Shown: positions 9,712 through 19,760, counted from the first letter of the stretch. The stretch is DNA of 64,000 nucleotides from an uncultured Bacilli bacterium (GCA_944332525.1 CALVKD010000070.1:4014-68013); one strand, 5' to 3'. Program-made: numbers and translations. Notes: generated by a model not told the origin, from the letters alone.

Positions 9712-10413
9712 GTGTTTATGATACGTATTATAGTACTTGACGATGATTATGAAGCATACAATACTTTAAAGATATTTATTGACCAGTTTTCAAAAGAAAA
9801 CAACATTGGTTTTGAAATCAATTATTTTTCTAATCCATTAAGTTTTCTAGATGATTATACACCTGCAGATTTAATTTTAATGGATATTGATATGCCATAT
9901 CTAAATGGAATAGAAACCGCAGAAAAATTAAGGAGTAAAGACCCTAATGTTCTTTTGATATTCATTACAAACTATGTACAATATGCCATTAAAGGCTACT
10001 CAGTAAACGCAATTGATTATGTTTTGAAGCCAGTAAAATATGCACGTTTTTCTTCACTAATGTCTCGAGTTCTTAAAATGATAATTGCCTCTAAAAATGA
10101 CAATATCATTATTAAAACAACAGATGGTACAATAAAAATAAATGCTTTTTTGATTATCTCTGTTGAGGTTAGTGATCACCTATTAATTTATCATACAGAT
10201 TCTAAAGAATATGAGGCTTGGGGCAGTTTAAAAGAGACAGCTTTGATGCTTCCTAGTTATTTTGAGCGTTGCAATCATTCTGTCATTGTAAACTTAAAGA
10301 AAGTGATAAGACTTGATAAAAACGAAATTACATTAACTGATGGAAATAAATATTTAATTTCTCAAAAGAAAAAAAGTGATTTCATTTCAAAGTTAAATAG
10401 GTTTTTAAAATAG
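9712..10413 (+). CDS. LytTR-family response regulator (AgrA/ComE-like)
   Basis: N-terminal receiver domain (IIVLDDD...LMDIDMP...K). C-terminal LytTR DNA-binding domain (~100 aa). The true start is probably MIRII at 9718. Confidence 0.85.
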   Translation: MFMIRIIVLDDDYEAYNTLKIFIDQFSKENNIGFEINYFSNPLSFLDDYTPADLILMDIDMPYLNGIETAEKLRSKDPNVLLIFITNYVQYAIKGYSVNAIDYVLKPVKYARFSSLMSRVLKMIIASKNDNIIIKTTDGTIKINAFLIISVEVSDHLLIYHTDSKEYEAWGSLKETALMLPSYFERCNHSVIVNLKKVIRLDKNEITLTDGNKYLISQKKKSDFISKLNRFLK

Positions 10414-10414
10414 T

Positions 10415-11734
10415 ATGCTTATTTTATTTTTGCAATATTTTATAAAATATTTTATCCAAGGGTCTGGATTGCTTGTGATAACAACTTTATCATGCTCCCA
10501 ATTACAAAAAAAGCGGCATTTCCAATTTATATTTTTTATATATTTAATTATATTAATTTTAGCAACTTGCATTATCGCGTATATAAGAATAGATTCTGTT
10601 GGTGGAGATGAGAACGTTTTTGATGTAATTTTCTTAATTTGCAATTATCTATTAATATTATCTTGGTCATTTATCGCTTATAAAAGCGAGGCACAGGTCA
10701 TAACTTGTTTTTTAATTATTTCTTTTCCCGCATTTTATATAGCATTGAAACTATCTGATGGACTATTATTCATTTTAAAAAATAATAATATTATCACTAG
10801 TTTTTATGTGGATCTTTCTATTCTTTTTATAGTTCAATTAATAGTATATTCACTATCATATTTTCTCATTATGAGAACTTATAAAAAAGACTCCCTAATG
10901 ATTGAAAATAATTCAACAATAATTATGTTTTCTCTTTTTTCAATTATCACAATAATTTTAGGTATAATTGAAATTTTCTTAAAAAATTATGGTTATTCTT
11001 ATTTGTTTTTTCTTTCACTCATTGAAGTATTATATGGAATTATAACACTTGCTACGTCATACGCTGTGATACAAAAAGAAGAATCACAAGTTGAATTAGC
11101 TATTTTAAAAAAACTTTGGGATGAAGATAAAAAACAATATTCTCTGTTAAAGGAAAATATTGAAATAATTAATTTGAAATGTCATGATTTAAAGCATCAA
11201 TTTTATGCGTTGAAAAACAATCAAGCACTTGATGAAAAATTGACAAAAGAAATAGAAGAATCCATAGATATCTACAACTCAAAAATAAAAACTGAAAATG
11301 AAGTTCTTGATATAATTTTGACTGATTATAATCTTCGTTCTATAAACAATTCAATTGAACTAACCTGTATGGCTGATGGTAAACTTTTAAATTTTATGGA
11401 AGAAACTGATCTTTATTCTTTATTCGGAAATATGTTGTCCAATGCTTTTGAATATGAATTGAAAGTCAGTTTAGACAAAAGATTTATTTCATTGACGATA
11501 ACTCAAAAAGGAAAATATGTCTCAATTCATTGTGAAAATTATTACGATGGTGGTGAACTGAAAAAAAATGACGGAAAAGTAATTTCAAGCAAAAAAGATC
11601 CTTTCGGGCATGGTTTCGGTATGATTTCGATGCAAAGAATTGTTGCAAAATATTCAGGTGAATTTCAATATATAATATCTGATAATATGTTTCAAATTGA
11701 TATTGAGATACCTATAGGAGAGCATTATGAATAA
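10415..11734 (+). CDS. HPK10-family sensor histidine kinase (AgrC/ComD/VirS-like), polytopic membrane sensor
   Basis: About 6 N-terminal TM helices. H-box CHDLKHQF. GHKL ATPase G-box GHGFGMISMQ. Start is 2 nt after the RR stop. Confidence 0.8.
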   Translation: MLILFLQYFIKYFIQGSGLLVITTLSCSQLQKKRHFQFIFFIYLIILILATCIIAYIRIDSVGGDENVFDVIFLICNYLLILSWSFIAYKSEAQVITCFLIISFPAFYIALKLSDGLLFILKNNNIITSFYVDLSILFIVQLIVYSLSYFLIMRTYKKDSLMIENNSTIIMFSLFSIITIILGIIEIFLKNYGYSYLFFLSLIEVLYGIITLATSYAVIQKEESQVELAILKKLWDEDKKQYSLLKENIEIINLKCHDLKHQFYALKNNQALDEKLTKEIEESIDIYNSKIKTENEVLDIILTDYNLRSINNSIELTCMADGKLLNFMEETDLYSLFGNMLSNAFEYELKVSLDKRFISLTITQKGKYVSIHCENYYDGGELKKNDGKVISSKKDPFGHGFGMISMQRIVAKYSGEFQYIISDNMFQIDIEIPIGEHYE

Positions 11735-13574
11735 AATAAAAACTAATAATTATTTGATATTATCAATAATAAGCTCATTTATGGTGATGCTATTAGTTTC
11801 ACTGGTCGTAGTTATTGCAATAACATCGACCAACAATAATGCTACTATTAATTTTCCACATTATGATTATAGCGACTATATTGATCGAAGCGATAATAAA
11901 TTTTTTGCAGCAAACGCTGGTTCGCAATTGTATCAAGCTGAATCTGCTTCTATTACTGGTAATGGTGAAATAGTGAGTAATATTGGAGCATCAGATGGCT
12001 TATGTGTAAATAACCTAACTAATTACTCATCGTTATCGTATACAATAGTTAGTGATGAGGATTGTTTTGTAGAATTAAAATTATCTCTAAATTATACTGA
12101 TTCTTTTAATAGACCAATATTAGCAAACAATCTATTTACACTAACATTAAATCGCAAAGAAGTATCGCTAAATAACATTTTTATCAATTCGTCTGCATCT
12201 AATTATGATTTTATAGAAAATAATATCGGTACCATAAGTCTACAAAAAGGCAACAATTTATTACAATTAATATCAACATCACCTAATTATCAAATAGATT
12301 ATATGGTATTAACTTCACCATTTGAACGATCAACTCAACTTAAAAGTATCGGTCATATTTATTATCCATTTTATTATCAGGAAAATAAGCAGATTTTTGA
12401 GGCTGAAAATTCAGAAAGACACAATTCCGTAATTTTTGATTCATCGTTAGCTTCGCAAGGATATTATCTTTTATTTTCTCAAAATCAAGATAAGTCCATC
12501 TTCTATATAAATTCTGATTTAGATTTTTCAAGTGTCCTATCCGCATGCGTAAAGCCTATATCTATCAATCAAAAATTCGCGTTTTCTGTTTATGTCAATG
12601 GAAATCTAATTGATAATTACCAATTTATTGAAAACAGCAATGTATTTTTTGAACAAACACTGACCCGTATAAACCTAAAAAGTGGTAATAATATTATTGA
12701 AATAATTCATTTAGAAGGAACTTTTAATTTTGATTACATTTCATTAAATGGAGACATTAATTATTCATTGGTTGAGGATACGCAACGGTATGAGTGTGAA
12801 AAAGCTGAAATTGATAACGCGGCAATAATTTCAGATATAAATGCTTCTGCTAATAATTCCGTACTTTTTTATTCAAATTCTGTTTTAAATCAACGTTTAA
12901 TTTCTTTAGTGGACGACAATAATTATTTGTCGCTGAGAATAAAAAACCTATCAAGCGAAACAGAATTATCAAAAATGATGAAGATAATGGTTAATAATCG
13001 TATTTTAGATCTAACTTATATTGATTGTCCGGATAATGAAAAATATCACGATATTTTTATTGGATCAATTAACATAATCTCTGGTTCTAATTTAATTAGA
13101 ATCTCATCTGTTAATGATAATTTTCTTATTGATTGTATTACTTTGATCAAGACTACAATCAATGACAATTTTGATGCTATGCGCTTTGAGGGTGAAAACG
13201 CATTATTATCTGGCAATTGCGGAATTGAATATAATGTAACTGCTTCACAAGGGAAAAATGTTGGATACATAAAAAAGGATAGTTCATTGACTTTCGTATT
13301 TTACTCTAGTATTGCAATAAAAGCTAATTTAATAATTTCTTTATCAAACTCATTTAAAGAAAATGATTATTTAAAACATTTTTTGCAGATTGATATTAAC
13401 AGCAATGTTTTGCCAATTGAAAGTATAGTTTTTGTTGCAGGAAATGGTTGGAAATATTTCTTTGAAATTAATATAGGAAATATTAGTATAAATCCAGGCA
13501 TTAACACCATTTCAATAAAATGTCTAAATGATTCTTCATATAACTTAGACTATATAGAATTACATCATATTTGA
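11727..13574 (+). CDS. Membrane-anchored/secreted protein with four CBM6/CBM35-like modules
   Basis: N-terminal signal anchor. Four repeats starting YQAESAS, IFEAENS, YECEKAEI, MRFEGENA and ending IDYMVLTSP, FDYISLNG, IDCITLIK, LDYIELHHI. Start overlaps the HK stop (co-transcribed). Confidence 0.6.
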   Translation: MNKIKTNNYLILSIISSFMVMLLVSLVVVIAITSTNNNATINFPHYDYSDYIDRSDNKFFAANAGSQLYQAESASITGNGEIVSNIGASDGLCVNNLTNYSSLSYTIVSDEDCFVELKLSLNYTDSFNRPILANNLFTLTLNRKEVSLNNIFINSSASNYDFIENNIGTISLQKGNNLLQLISTSPNYQIDYMVLTSPFERSTQLKSIGHIYYPFYYQENKQIFEAENSERHNSVIFDSSLASQGYYLLFSQNQDKSIFYINSDLDFSSVLSACVKPISINQKFAFSVYVNGNLIDNYQFIENSNVFFEQTLTRINLKSGNNIIEIIHLEGTFNFDYISLNGDINYSLVEDTQRYECEKAEIDNAAIISDINASANNSVLFYSNSVLNQRLISLVDDNNYLSLRIKNLSSETELSKMMKIMVNNRILDLTYIDCPDNEKYHDIFIGSINIISGSNLIRISSVNDNFLIDCITLIKTTINDNFDAMRFEGENALLSGNCGIEYNVTASQGKNVGYIKKDSSLTFVFYSSIAIKANLIISLSNSFKENDYLKHFLQIDINSNVLPIESIVFVAGNGWKYFFEINIGNISINPGINTISIKCLNDSSYNLDYIELHHI

Positions 13575-13676
13575 AAGCCCTTACGTAAGAATTTTCCTCG
13601 CTTACGTAAAATAGAAAATGATTGATATTTCTCATAATAACATATAATTATAAAATTTTGCTTTTAGGAGGTAATT

Positions 13677-16600
13677 ATGAATAAAAAAGTATTTTCAGTA
13701 ATTATGGCTTCTGCTACGGCATTGCTAGCTGGAATTATGATTACTGGTAATATTCTCGGATTTAAAACATATTCAAGTTTTTTAACCACATATTTTGGCA
13801 TGGAAGGAACAACAGAAACAAATATTGATGATAATCAATATTTTCCGCGCATTCTAAAATCTGCTGAAGAAGCTTCAAAAAAGTCTGCTGAAATATGTGA
13901 ACAAGTAGAAGAGGAAGGCGCAGTTTTATTAACTAACCACAATAATTCTTTGCCACTTAATAAATCCAGTAATGTTAGCGTTTTTTCTCAATCTTCAGTC
14001 GATTTTGTCATTGGATCTACCGGAGGATCTGGCGAGATATCTGCTTCGGAATTAACGTTGCAATCAGCATTAGAAAATGTTGGAATAAACGTTAATCCGA
14101 CACTAATAAATTTTTATAAAAGTATGAATTATCATCGAAAAATTGGTGGATTAGCTCAAGGAACTAGCAAAGATCCTTTTTTATGGTCTATTAATGAAAT
14201 TCCATATAGTAAATATACTGATGAAGTAAAAAATTCATATAAAAATTATAATGATGCAGCTATCGTTGTCATTTCGCGTACCGGTGCTGAAAATGCCGAT
14301 TTGCCTACAGATATGGCCTCTGCAGATTCAAGAAACAAACGTGGTTCTACATCTATTTTAGAACTTGATACTGATGAAAAAGAACTTCTTAAAAATGTTA
14401 CAAATAATTTTGATAAAGTAATCGTATTGCTTAATACTACTAATGCTTTTGAATGTGGATTTCTCGATGACTATGATATTGATGCATGTCTATGGGTCGG
14501 TGGTGCTGGTCAATATGGTTTAAATGCTATAGCTAGACTTTTAGTTGGTGATAGCAATCCATCTGGTCATTTGGCAGATACTTATGCATATGATGTTTTT
14601 TCATCTCCAGCAATGCAAAATTGGGGTAATTTTGCTTATGTCGATGATTCGGGAAAAGAAACAGGACATCATTACGTAACATATGCCGAAGGAATATATG
14701 TCGGCTATAAATACTATGAAACGCGCTACGAAGATAAAATTATGAATCAGGGGAACGCTGGTGAATATGATTATGATAGTGTTGTTCAGTTTCCATTCGG
14801 ATATGGACTATCGTATACCGAGTTTACTTGGTCTAATTTTGATTATGCTTTGGACGATAAAACAATTAATATTAAAGTTACAGTCACAAATACGGGTGAA
14901 AAAGCAGGTAAAGAAGTAGTTCAATTTTATACGCAATCCCCATATACTCAATATGATATCGACAACCAAATAGAAAAATCCGCTGTTAATTTGATGGGTT
15001 TTGCTAAAACAGGCATATTAGATCCAAATCAAAGCGAAACAGTAAAAATTTCTATTCCACTTGAACGATTAAAATCATACGATGCAAATGGTTTAGGGAC
15101 ATATCTTCTTGAAAAAGGTGATTATTATTTTACTGTAGCGGAAAATTCACATGAGGCGATAAATAATATTCTCAAAGTAAAAGGGTATAATGTAAATGGT
15201 AACGAAAATTTATGTGAAAAAGATACCCTAGAAGAAATAATTTATAATAAAGATACGACCACCAACACTGAGATTGTTAATCAGTTTGAAGATGCTAATG
15301 GTGATAAAAAGTATCTAAGCCGTCATGATTGGTCATCAATGAATAATAATGGTTTAAGGGATGGCACAAACGAAAATAATCGCTATGACAATGATGGTTA
15401 TATTTATGAGCAAAAAATAACACCTGAATTAAAAGAAACATTAGAAAAAACGGGATATGAAGCCGCTAATGCGCCAGAACAAGAATATTCTGATCCAACA
15501 TTCAATGCTAATAATAAAAAAGTTTTAATCGACATGAAAGGAAAAGAGTTTAATGACCCTGAATGGGATCCACTTCTTGATCAATTACGTATTAAAGAAC
15601 TTGAGCAGATGGTTACATCATCTGGGCATAAAACATATGCAATTCCTTCTGTTGGAAAACCATATGCAACTGATTCTGATGGAACATCAGCATGGAAATC
15701 ATTTATTGGTGATGGTGTAAATGCAGGTGGAATGCCTAATGAAACTGTACAAGCATCCACTTTTAATACCGAATTAGAATACGAAGTTGGACAAATAATG
15801 GGTGAATTGGCACTTTGGGCAAAAGTTACTGCCTCAGCTCAAACCACAAATTTGACTGGTTGGTATGCACCTGCAATGAATTTGCATCGCACACCTTTCG
15901 GCGGTCGTAATTTTGAATACTATTCCGAGTGTCCGATGTTATCTGGAATTATCGGTTCATCTGTTGTCAAGGGAGCTACCGATAAAGGGGTCATAACATA
16001 TATCAAACATTTTGCCTTTAATGAACAAGAAACAAATAGAATGACCAACAATGTAACTTGGTCGACTGAACAAGCATTACGTGAGACTTATCTTTTGCCT
16101 TTTGAAATGTCAGTTAAAGAAGGTGGATCACTTGGTGTGATGACTGCTTATCCCCGTGTTGGAACAACTTGGACCGGAGGTAGTTATGCGCTTATTACTA
16201 ACGTTTTAAGAAAAGAATGGGGATTCAATGGTTTTGTAATCACTGATTATATGGATGGTGATTATGAAAATTGTGACCAAATGTTAGCTGCTGGTGGTGA
16301 TGCCGCACTTTGTTTAGAGGAACAATATGTTACTACAGAAGGCGCACGAGCACATACGTATCTCAGAAATGCAGCACATCATCTTTTATACTCATTTGTA
16401 AATTCTAATGGTATGAACGGAATTGATGCTAACAGTTTAATTGTCGGGGGTACTCCTGTTTATTACAGAATTATGATTTTTTTCAATATAACCTTTGGAA
16501 CATTAATTCTTCTAACAATATTTTTAACAATCTTAGGAATTATTCAACAAAGAAAAATTAAAGCATTATCTGGAGGAAATTCAGGAAATTTTAATAATGA

Positions 16601-19526
16601 TAGCGAATTAAAAAATGATAATACTGTCGATAACAAATCGAAAACATCAAAAGAATTAACTGAAAAACAAATTCAAAAACAAGTAGCTTTGCCATTAAAA
16701 ATTAAAATCATTATCGGTGGTATTGTCATTGCTATTATAGTCTCATCTGGATTAATACTATACTTTACTAGAGAGAAAAGCGATTCTAAAACGTCAACAA
16801 GTCTTCCAGAAATCGTTAATCCTCTTGATCCAAATACAGACTTAATGAACAAATATGGACAAATTACAAAAAAGAATTTATTATCCGGAAGCAAATTTGA
16901 TCAAAACAATCAAAAATATATGTTTTTTGATGATTTATCAGCTGGATATTATTATGAAGCTGAAGATGCTACACTATCGTCAAAACCACAAATTCAAGAA
17001 AGTTTAATTACTTCTGGCGGAAAATTTGTTAGCCACTATCAAGTTGGAGAAACTATTTCCTTCACAATTCAATCTACAGTCGAAACATCAGCCTTGCTGA
17101 TTCTATCAACAGCTTGTTGGGATAATTCACCTAGACTAATATCTGACCTTCTCTTTGGTCAATTTGGTACTAATCCGAATTCTCTTGATTTCTATATGGA
17201 TTTTAGCGATAGAACAATTCAAGGTCAAAACAATTGGAATATATTTTCTGAAAGTTATATATGTGAAGTGTATCTTTACGAAGGAGAAAATACTATTGAA
17301 TTTTCAGCTTATGAAGATTTAAATCTTGATTATATGTGTTTAGTCAATCCTGGAGCAGGTTTAAATCTACCTTCTCAAGAAAATGATCCAACTGACTACA
17401 ATGCAAAATATGGTCATCCTGATAAAAGAATACTGACTAAAGGAACATCAACATTTTCTATAAACGAAAGAGGATATTATTATGAAGCTGAAGAAGCAGA
17501 ATTATCTAGCAATATCCGTATTGATAATAATGGGGCTGCTTCCGGTCAAAAAAATATTTCATATTTTAACCCTGGCGAATACATGAAATTAGTTATAACA
17601 TCTGACGATGATGCTTCAGTAATGTTAAGTGTCTCAGCTAGTGAATACAATTCTAAAGATTTCTTAGTTGAAAATGTATTAATGGTCAAATATGGTAATG
17701 ATGAAAACAATTTAACAGAGCTAGATACATATCAAAATATAATTCACACTACTGGTGGATGGAACAATTTCAGCGAATCTATAATTGGTGAGATTCATCT
17801 AAAAAAAGGACAAAATATTATATATTTAATTTCCAAAGCTGCTCTGAATTACGATTATATTACTTTAGTAAATGTATGGGATGGAACGCCTGATCCAGTT
17901 TTACCTCCTGACGAGGAAACCCCACCATCTGATATTAATTATGAAGAAAAATATGGATTACCAACTAAACAAGTGCTTAGTGATGGCTCAGCAATGAAAT
18001 TTGATAATTCTGTTCGTGGATATTTCTACGAGGCTGAACAAGCTTATTTGTCAGAAGGAATTAATATCAGCGATAATGTTGCTGCTTCCGGAGGAAAAAC
18101 AATTGATCATTTCCAAAATGGTCGATATATGGAATTTACTATAACTAGTTCTATCGAATCAGATGTTTTACTTCTTTTATCCGGTGCAAAATATGAAAAA
18201 GGCGATTATTCAATCGGTTCAATCATGAACGTTACTTATCATTTGGAAGGCGAAGAATCTAAATCTCTAGTACCGTCACCTAAACCATTCTCTCCTATTG
18301 GTGATAGTTGGGATACTTATAAAGAATTTGTCGCCGGAGAAATACATCTTAAAGAAGGTAAAAATATTATTCGTATTACATCAACCAATATTCCTGTAAA
18401 CTATGATTATATTATGCTTGCATCTCCATATTCAGGAGAAGAACCTGAAAAAGATGATTATAGCAACAAATATGGCAATCATGAATTCAGCGAATATCTA
18501 AACGGAACAGAAAATATGATTTTTTCTAACTCCGCATGTGGATATTTTTATGAAGCTGAATCTGATTTAGTGAAAAAAACTGGAGATATTCAGAATGAAA
18601 ATGTTGCAGAGGGTGTTACGGCTTCGGGAAATGCTTTTATAAATCGTTTTAGAAGAAATGCTACAATGACTTTAACCATTACATCAGAAATAGAAAGTGA
18701 TGTCTTAGTTCGCTTTTCTGGTTGCACAGGAAGCGCAAATGAAGCCTTACCTGTTGCATCTTATATATTACTTTCGTACGGAACTACTGAAGATAATCTT
18801 ACAAAAGTAGATAATAGTTCTTTGACGTTCTCGTCAAAGGGCTCTTGGAACAAGTTCACTGAATTTACCATAGGAGAAATCCATTTGAAAAAAGGAATAA
18901 ATTATATTGTTCTAACTGGAATTGAAAATAATGGTGTTAATTGTGATTATATAGCCTTAATTAATCCAAAAAATGAAACTGAAGATACTCCGGCTTATCC
19001 AACGCTAGAGGAAAAATATGGCGATCCAAATTTTTCTGAATACGTATTAGGTACCGGAGATATTGATACTTCATCACGCGGATACTATTATGAAGCTGAA
19101 TCTGATATTATTTCAAAAAATGGTGATATTCAAATTGAAAATGCTGCAGAAGGAGTAAATGCTTCCGGTAATGCATTTATAAATCGCTTCAGAAGGAATG
19201 CGACAATGACATTAAAAATAAGTGTTTCCGAAGAAATGACTATGCTTGTTAGGTTTTCCGGCTGTATTGATAAAAAAGCAGAAAATCTTCAAGTAGCAGA
19301 TTATATTTCTGTAAAATATGGAACATCTCTTGATTCTTTACTATCATCTGATAATTCATCTTTACTCTTCTCTTCATTGGGTGATTGGAATAAATTTAAT
19401 GAATTCTCTATCGGAGAAATTCGTCTTATGCCAGGCGATAATTATTTAGTTTTGACAGGTGTAGAATACAATGGAATAAATTGCGATTATATAGCCTTAG
19501 TAAACGCCTTAAATTTGGTGCAATAA
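13677..19526 (+). CDS. Giant surface glycoside hydrolase family 3 (beta-glucosidase/xylosidase-like) with permuted domain order, an internal 2-TM hairpin and five C-terminal CBM6/35-like repeats
   Basis: Signal peptide. GH3 C-terminal-type domain motifs (VLLTNHNNSLPL, VVVISRTGAENADLP). Fn3-like module (EVVQFYTQSPY). GH3 catalytic (beta/alpha)8 domain with nucleophile motif GFVITDYMDG. Hydrophobic helices at about aa 925-950 and 1010-1035. Five ~178-aa repeats, each starting KYG...GY(Y/F)YEAE and ending N(Y/C)DYI(T/A/M)L. Confidence 0.8.
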   Translation: MNKKVFSVIMASATALLAGIMITGNILGFKTYSSFLTTYFGMEGTTETNIDDNQYFPRILKSAEEASKKSAEICEQVEEEGAVLLTNHNNSLPLNKSSNVSVFSQSSVDFVIGSTGGSGEISASELTLQSALENVGINVNPTLINFYKSMNYHRKIGGLAQGTSKDPFLWSINEIPYSKYTDEVKNSYKNYNDAAIVVISRTGAENADLPTDMASADSRNKRGSTSILELDTDEKELLKNVTNNFDKVIVLLNTTNAFECGFLDDYDIDACLWVGGAGQYGLNAIARLLVGDSNPSGHLADTYAYDVFSSPAMQNWGNFAYVDDSGKETGHHYVTYAEGIYVGYKYYETRYEDKIMNQGNAGEYDYDSVVQFPFGYGLSYTEFTWSNFDYALDDKTINIKVTVTNTGEKAGKEVVQFYTQSPYTQYDIDNQIEKSAVNLMGFAKTGILDPNQSETVKISIPLERLKSYDANGLGTYLLEKGDYYFTVAENSHEAINNILKVKGYNVNGNENLCEKDTLEEIIYNKDTTTNTEIVNQFEDANGDKKYLSRHDWSSMNNNGLRDGTNENNRYDNDGYIYEQKITPELKETLEKTGYEAANAPEQEYSDPTFNANNKKVLIDMKGKEFNDPEWDPLLDQLRIKELEQMVTSSGHKTYAIPSVGKPYATDSDGTSAWKSFIGDGVNAGGMPNETVQASTFNTELEYEVGQIMGELALWAKVTASAQTTNLTGWYAPAMNLHRTPFGGRNFEYYSECPMLSGIIGSSVVKGATDKGVITYIKHFAFNEQETNRMTNNVTWSTEQALRETYLLPFEMSVKEGGSLGVMTAYPRVGTTWTGGSYALITNVLRKEWGFNGFVITDYMDGDYENCDQMLAAGGDAALCLEEQYVTTEGARAHTYLRNAAHHLLYSFVNSNGMNGIDANSLIVGGTPVYYRIMIFFNITFGTLILLTIFLTILGIIQQRKIKALSGGNSGNFNNDSELKNDNTVDNKSKTSKELTEKQIQKQVALPLKIKIIIGGIVIAIIVSSGLILYFTREKSDSKTSTSLPEIVNPLDPNTDLMNKYGQITKKNLLSGSKFDQNNQKYMFFDDLSAGYYYEAEDATLSSKPQIQESLITSGGKFVSHYQVGETISFTIQSTVETSALLILSTACWDNSPRLISDLLFGQFGTNPNSLDFYMDFSDRTIQGQNNWNIFSESYICEVYLYEGENTIEFSAYEDLNLDYMCLVNPGAGLNLPSQENDPTDYNAKYGHPDKRILTKGTSTFSINERGYYYEAEEAELSSNIRIDNNGAASGQKNISYFNPGEYMKLVITSDDDASVMLSVSASEYNSKDFLVENVLMVKYGNDENNLTELDTYQNIIHTTGGWNNFSESIIGEIHLKKGQNIIYLISKAALNYDYITLVNVWDGTPDPVLPPDEETPPSDINYEEKYGLPTKQVLSDGSAMKFDNSVRGYFYEAEQAYLSEGINISDNVAASGGKTIDHFQNGRYMEFTITSSIESDVLLLLSGAKYEKGDYSIGSIMNVTYHLEGEESKSLVPSPKPFSPIGDSWDTYKEFVAGEIHLKEGKNIIRITSTNIPVNYDYIMLASPYSGEEPEKDDYSNKYGNHEFSEYLNGTENMIFSNSACGYFYEAESDLVKKTGDIQNENVAEGVTASGNAFINRFRRNATMTLTITSEIESDVLVRFSGCTGSANEALPVASYILLSYGTTEDNLTKVDNSSLTFSSKGSWNKFTEFTIGEIHLKKGINYIVLTGIENNGVNCDYIALINPKNETEDTPAYPTLEEKYGDPNFSEYVLGTGDIDTSSRGYYYEAESDIISKNGDIQIENAAEGVNASGNAFINRFRRNATMTLKISVSEEMTMLVRFSGCIDKKAENLQVADYISVKYGTSLDSLLSSDNSSLLFSSLGDWNKFNEFSIGEIRLMPGDNYLVLTGVEYNGINCDYIALVNALNLVQ
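16900..19526 (+). repeat. Five tandem ~535-bp intragenic coding repeats (CBM-like modules) inside the GH3 gene
   Basis: The YYYEAE motif recurs at approximately 16950, 17480, 18020, 18550 and 19090. The two 3'-most copies are most similar to each other (ASGNAFINRFRRNATMTL in both). Confidence 0.6.
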
Positions 19527-19735
19527 TGAAAAAAACACTTCTTACAATCATATTTTGTTTTATGGTTATGACTTCCTGTAAAACAACCAATATTACGGAA
19601 CACTCTGAATTGAGTTCTTCATTTCCATCAATAGCTACTGCATCTCAGCCAGTTAACTCTTTGGATACAGAAATTAATCAAATTTCAAAAGAAGAATATA
19701 TATCAGATAACATGAATTTTGGAAGTCTAATATAA
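19526..19735 (+). CDS. Small lipoprotein (69 aa)
   Basis: ATG overlaps the GH3 stop by 1 nt. Signal peptide plus lipobox MKKTLLTIIFCFMVMTSC. The listed 84-aa ORF (19481) is upstream read-through. Confidence 0.45.
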   Translation: MKKTLLTIIFCFMVMTSCKTTNITEHSELSSSFPSIATASQPVNSLDTEINQISKEEYISDNMNFGSLI

Positions 19736-19760
19736 AAACGGGGATTACCCCGTTTTTTTA
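19735..19760. terminator. Bidirectional terminator between the convergent lipoprotein gene (+) and ribF (-)
   Basis: aaaacgggg-atta-ccccgttttttt hairpin with flanking A- and T-runs. Confidence 0.6.

Noticed and set aside
10405-10644. 79-aa minus-strand ORF spanning the RR/HK junction
   Set aside because: It is antisense to two translationally coupled genes. Its composition reflects AT-rich shadow codons.
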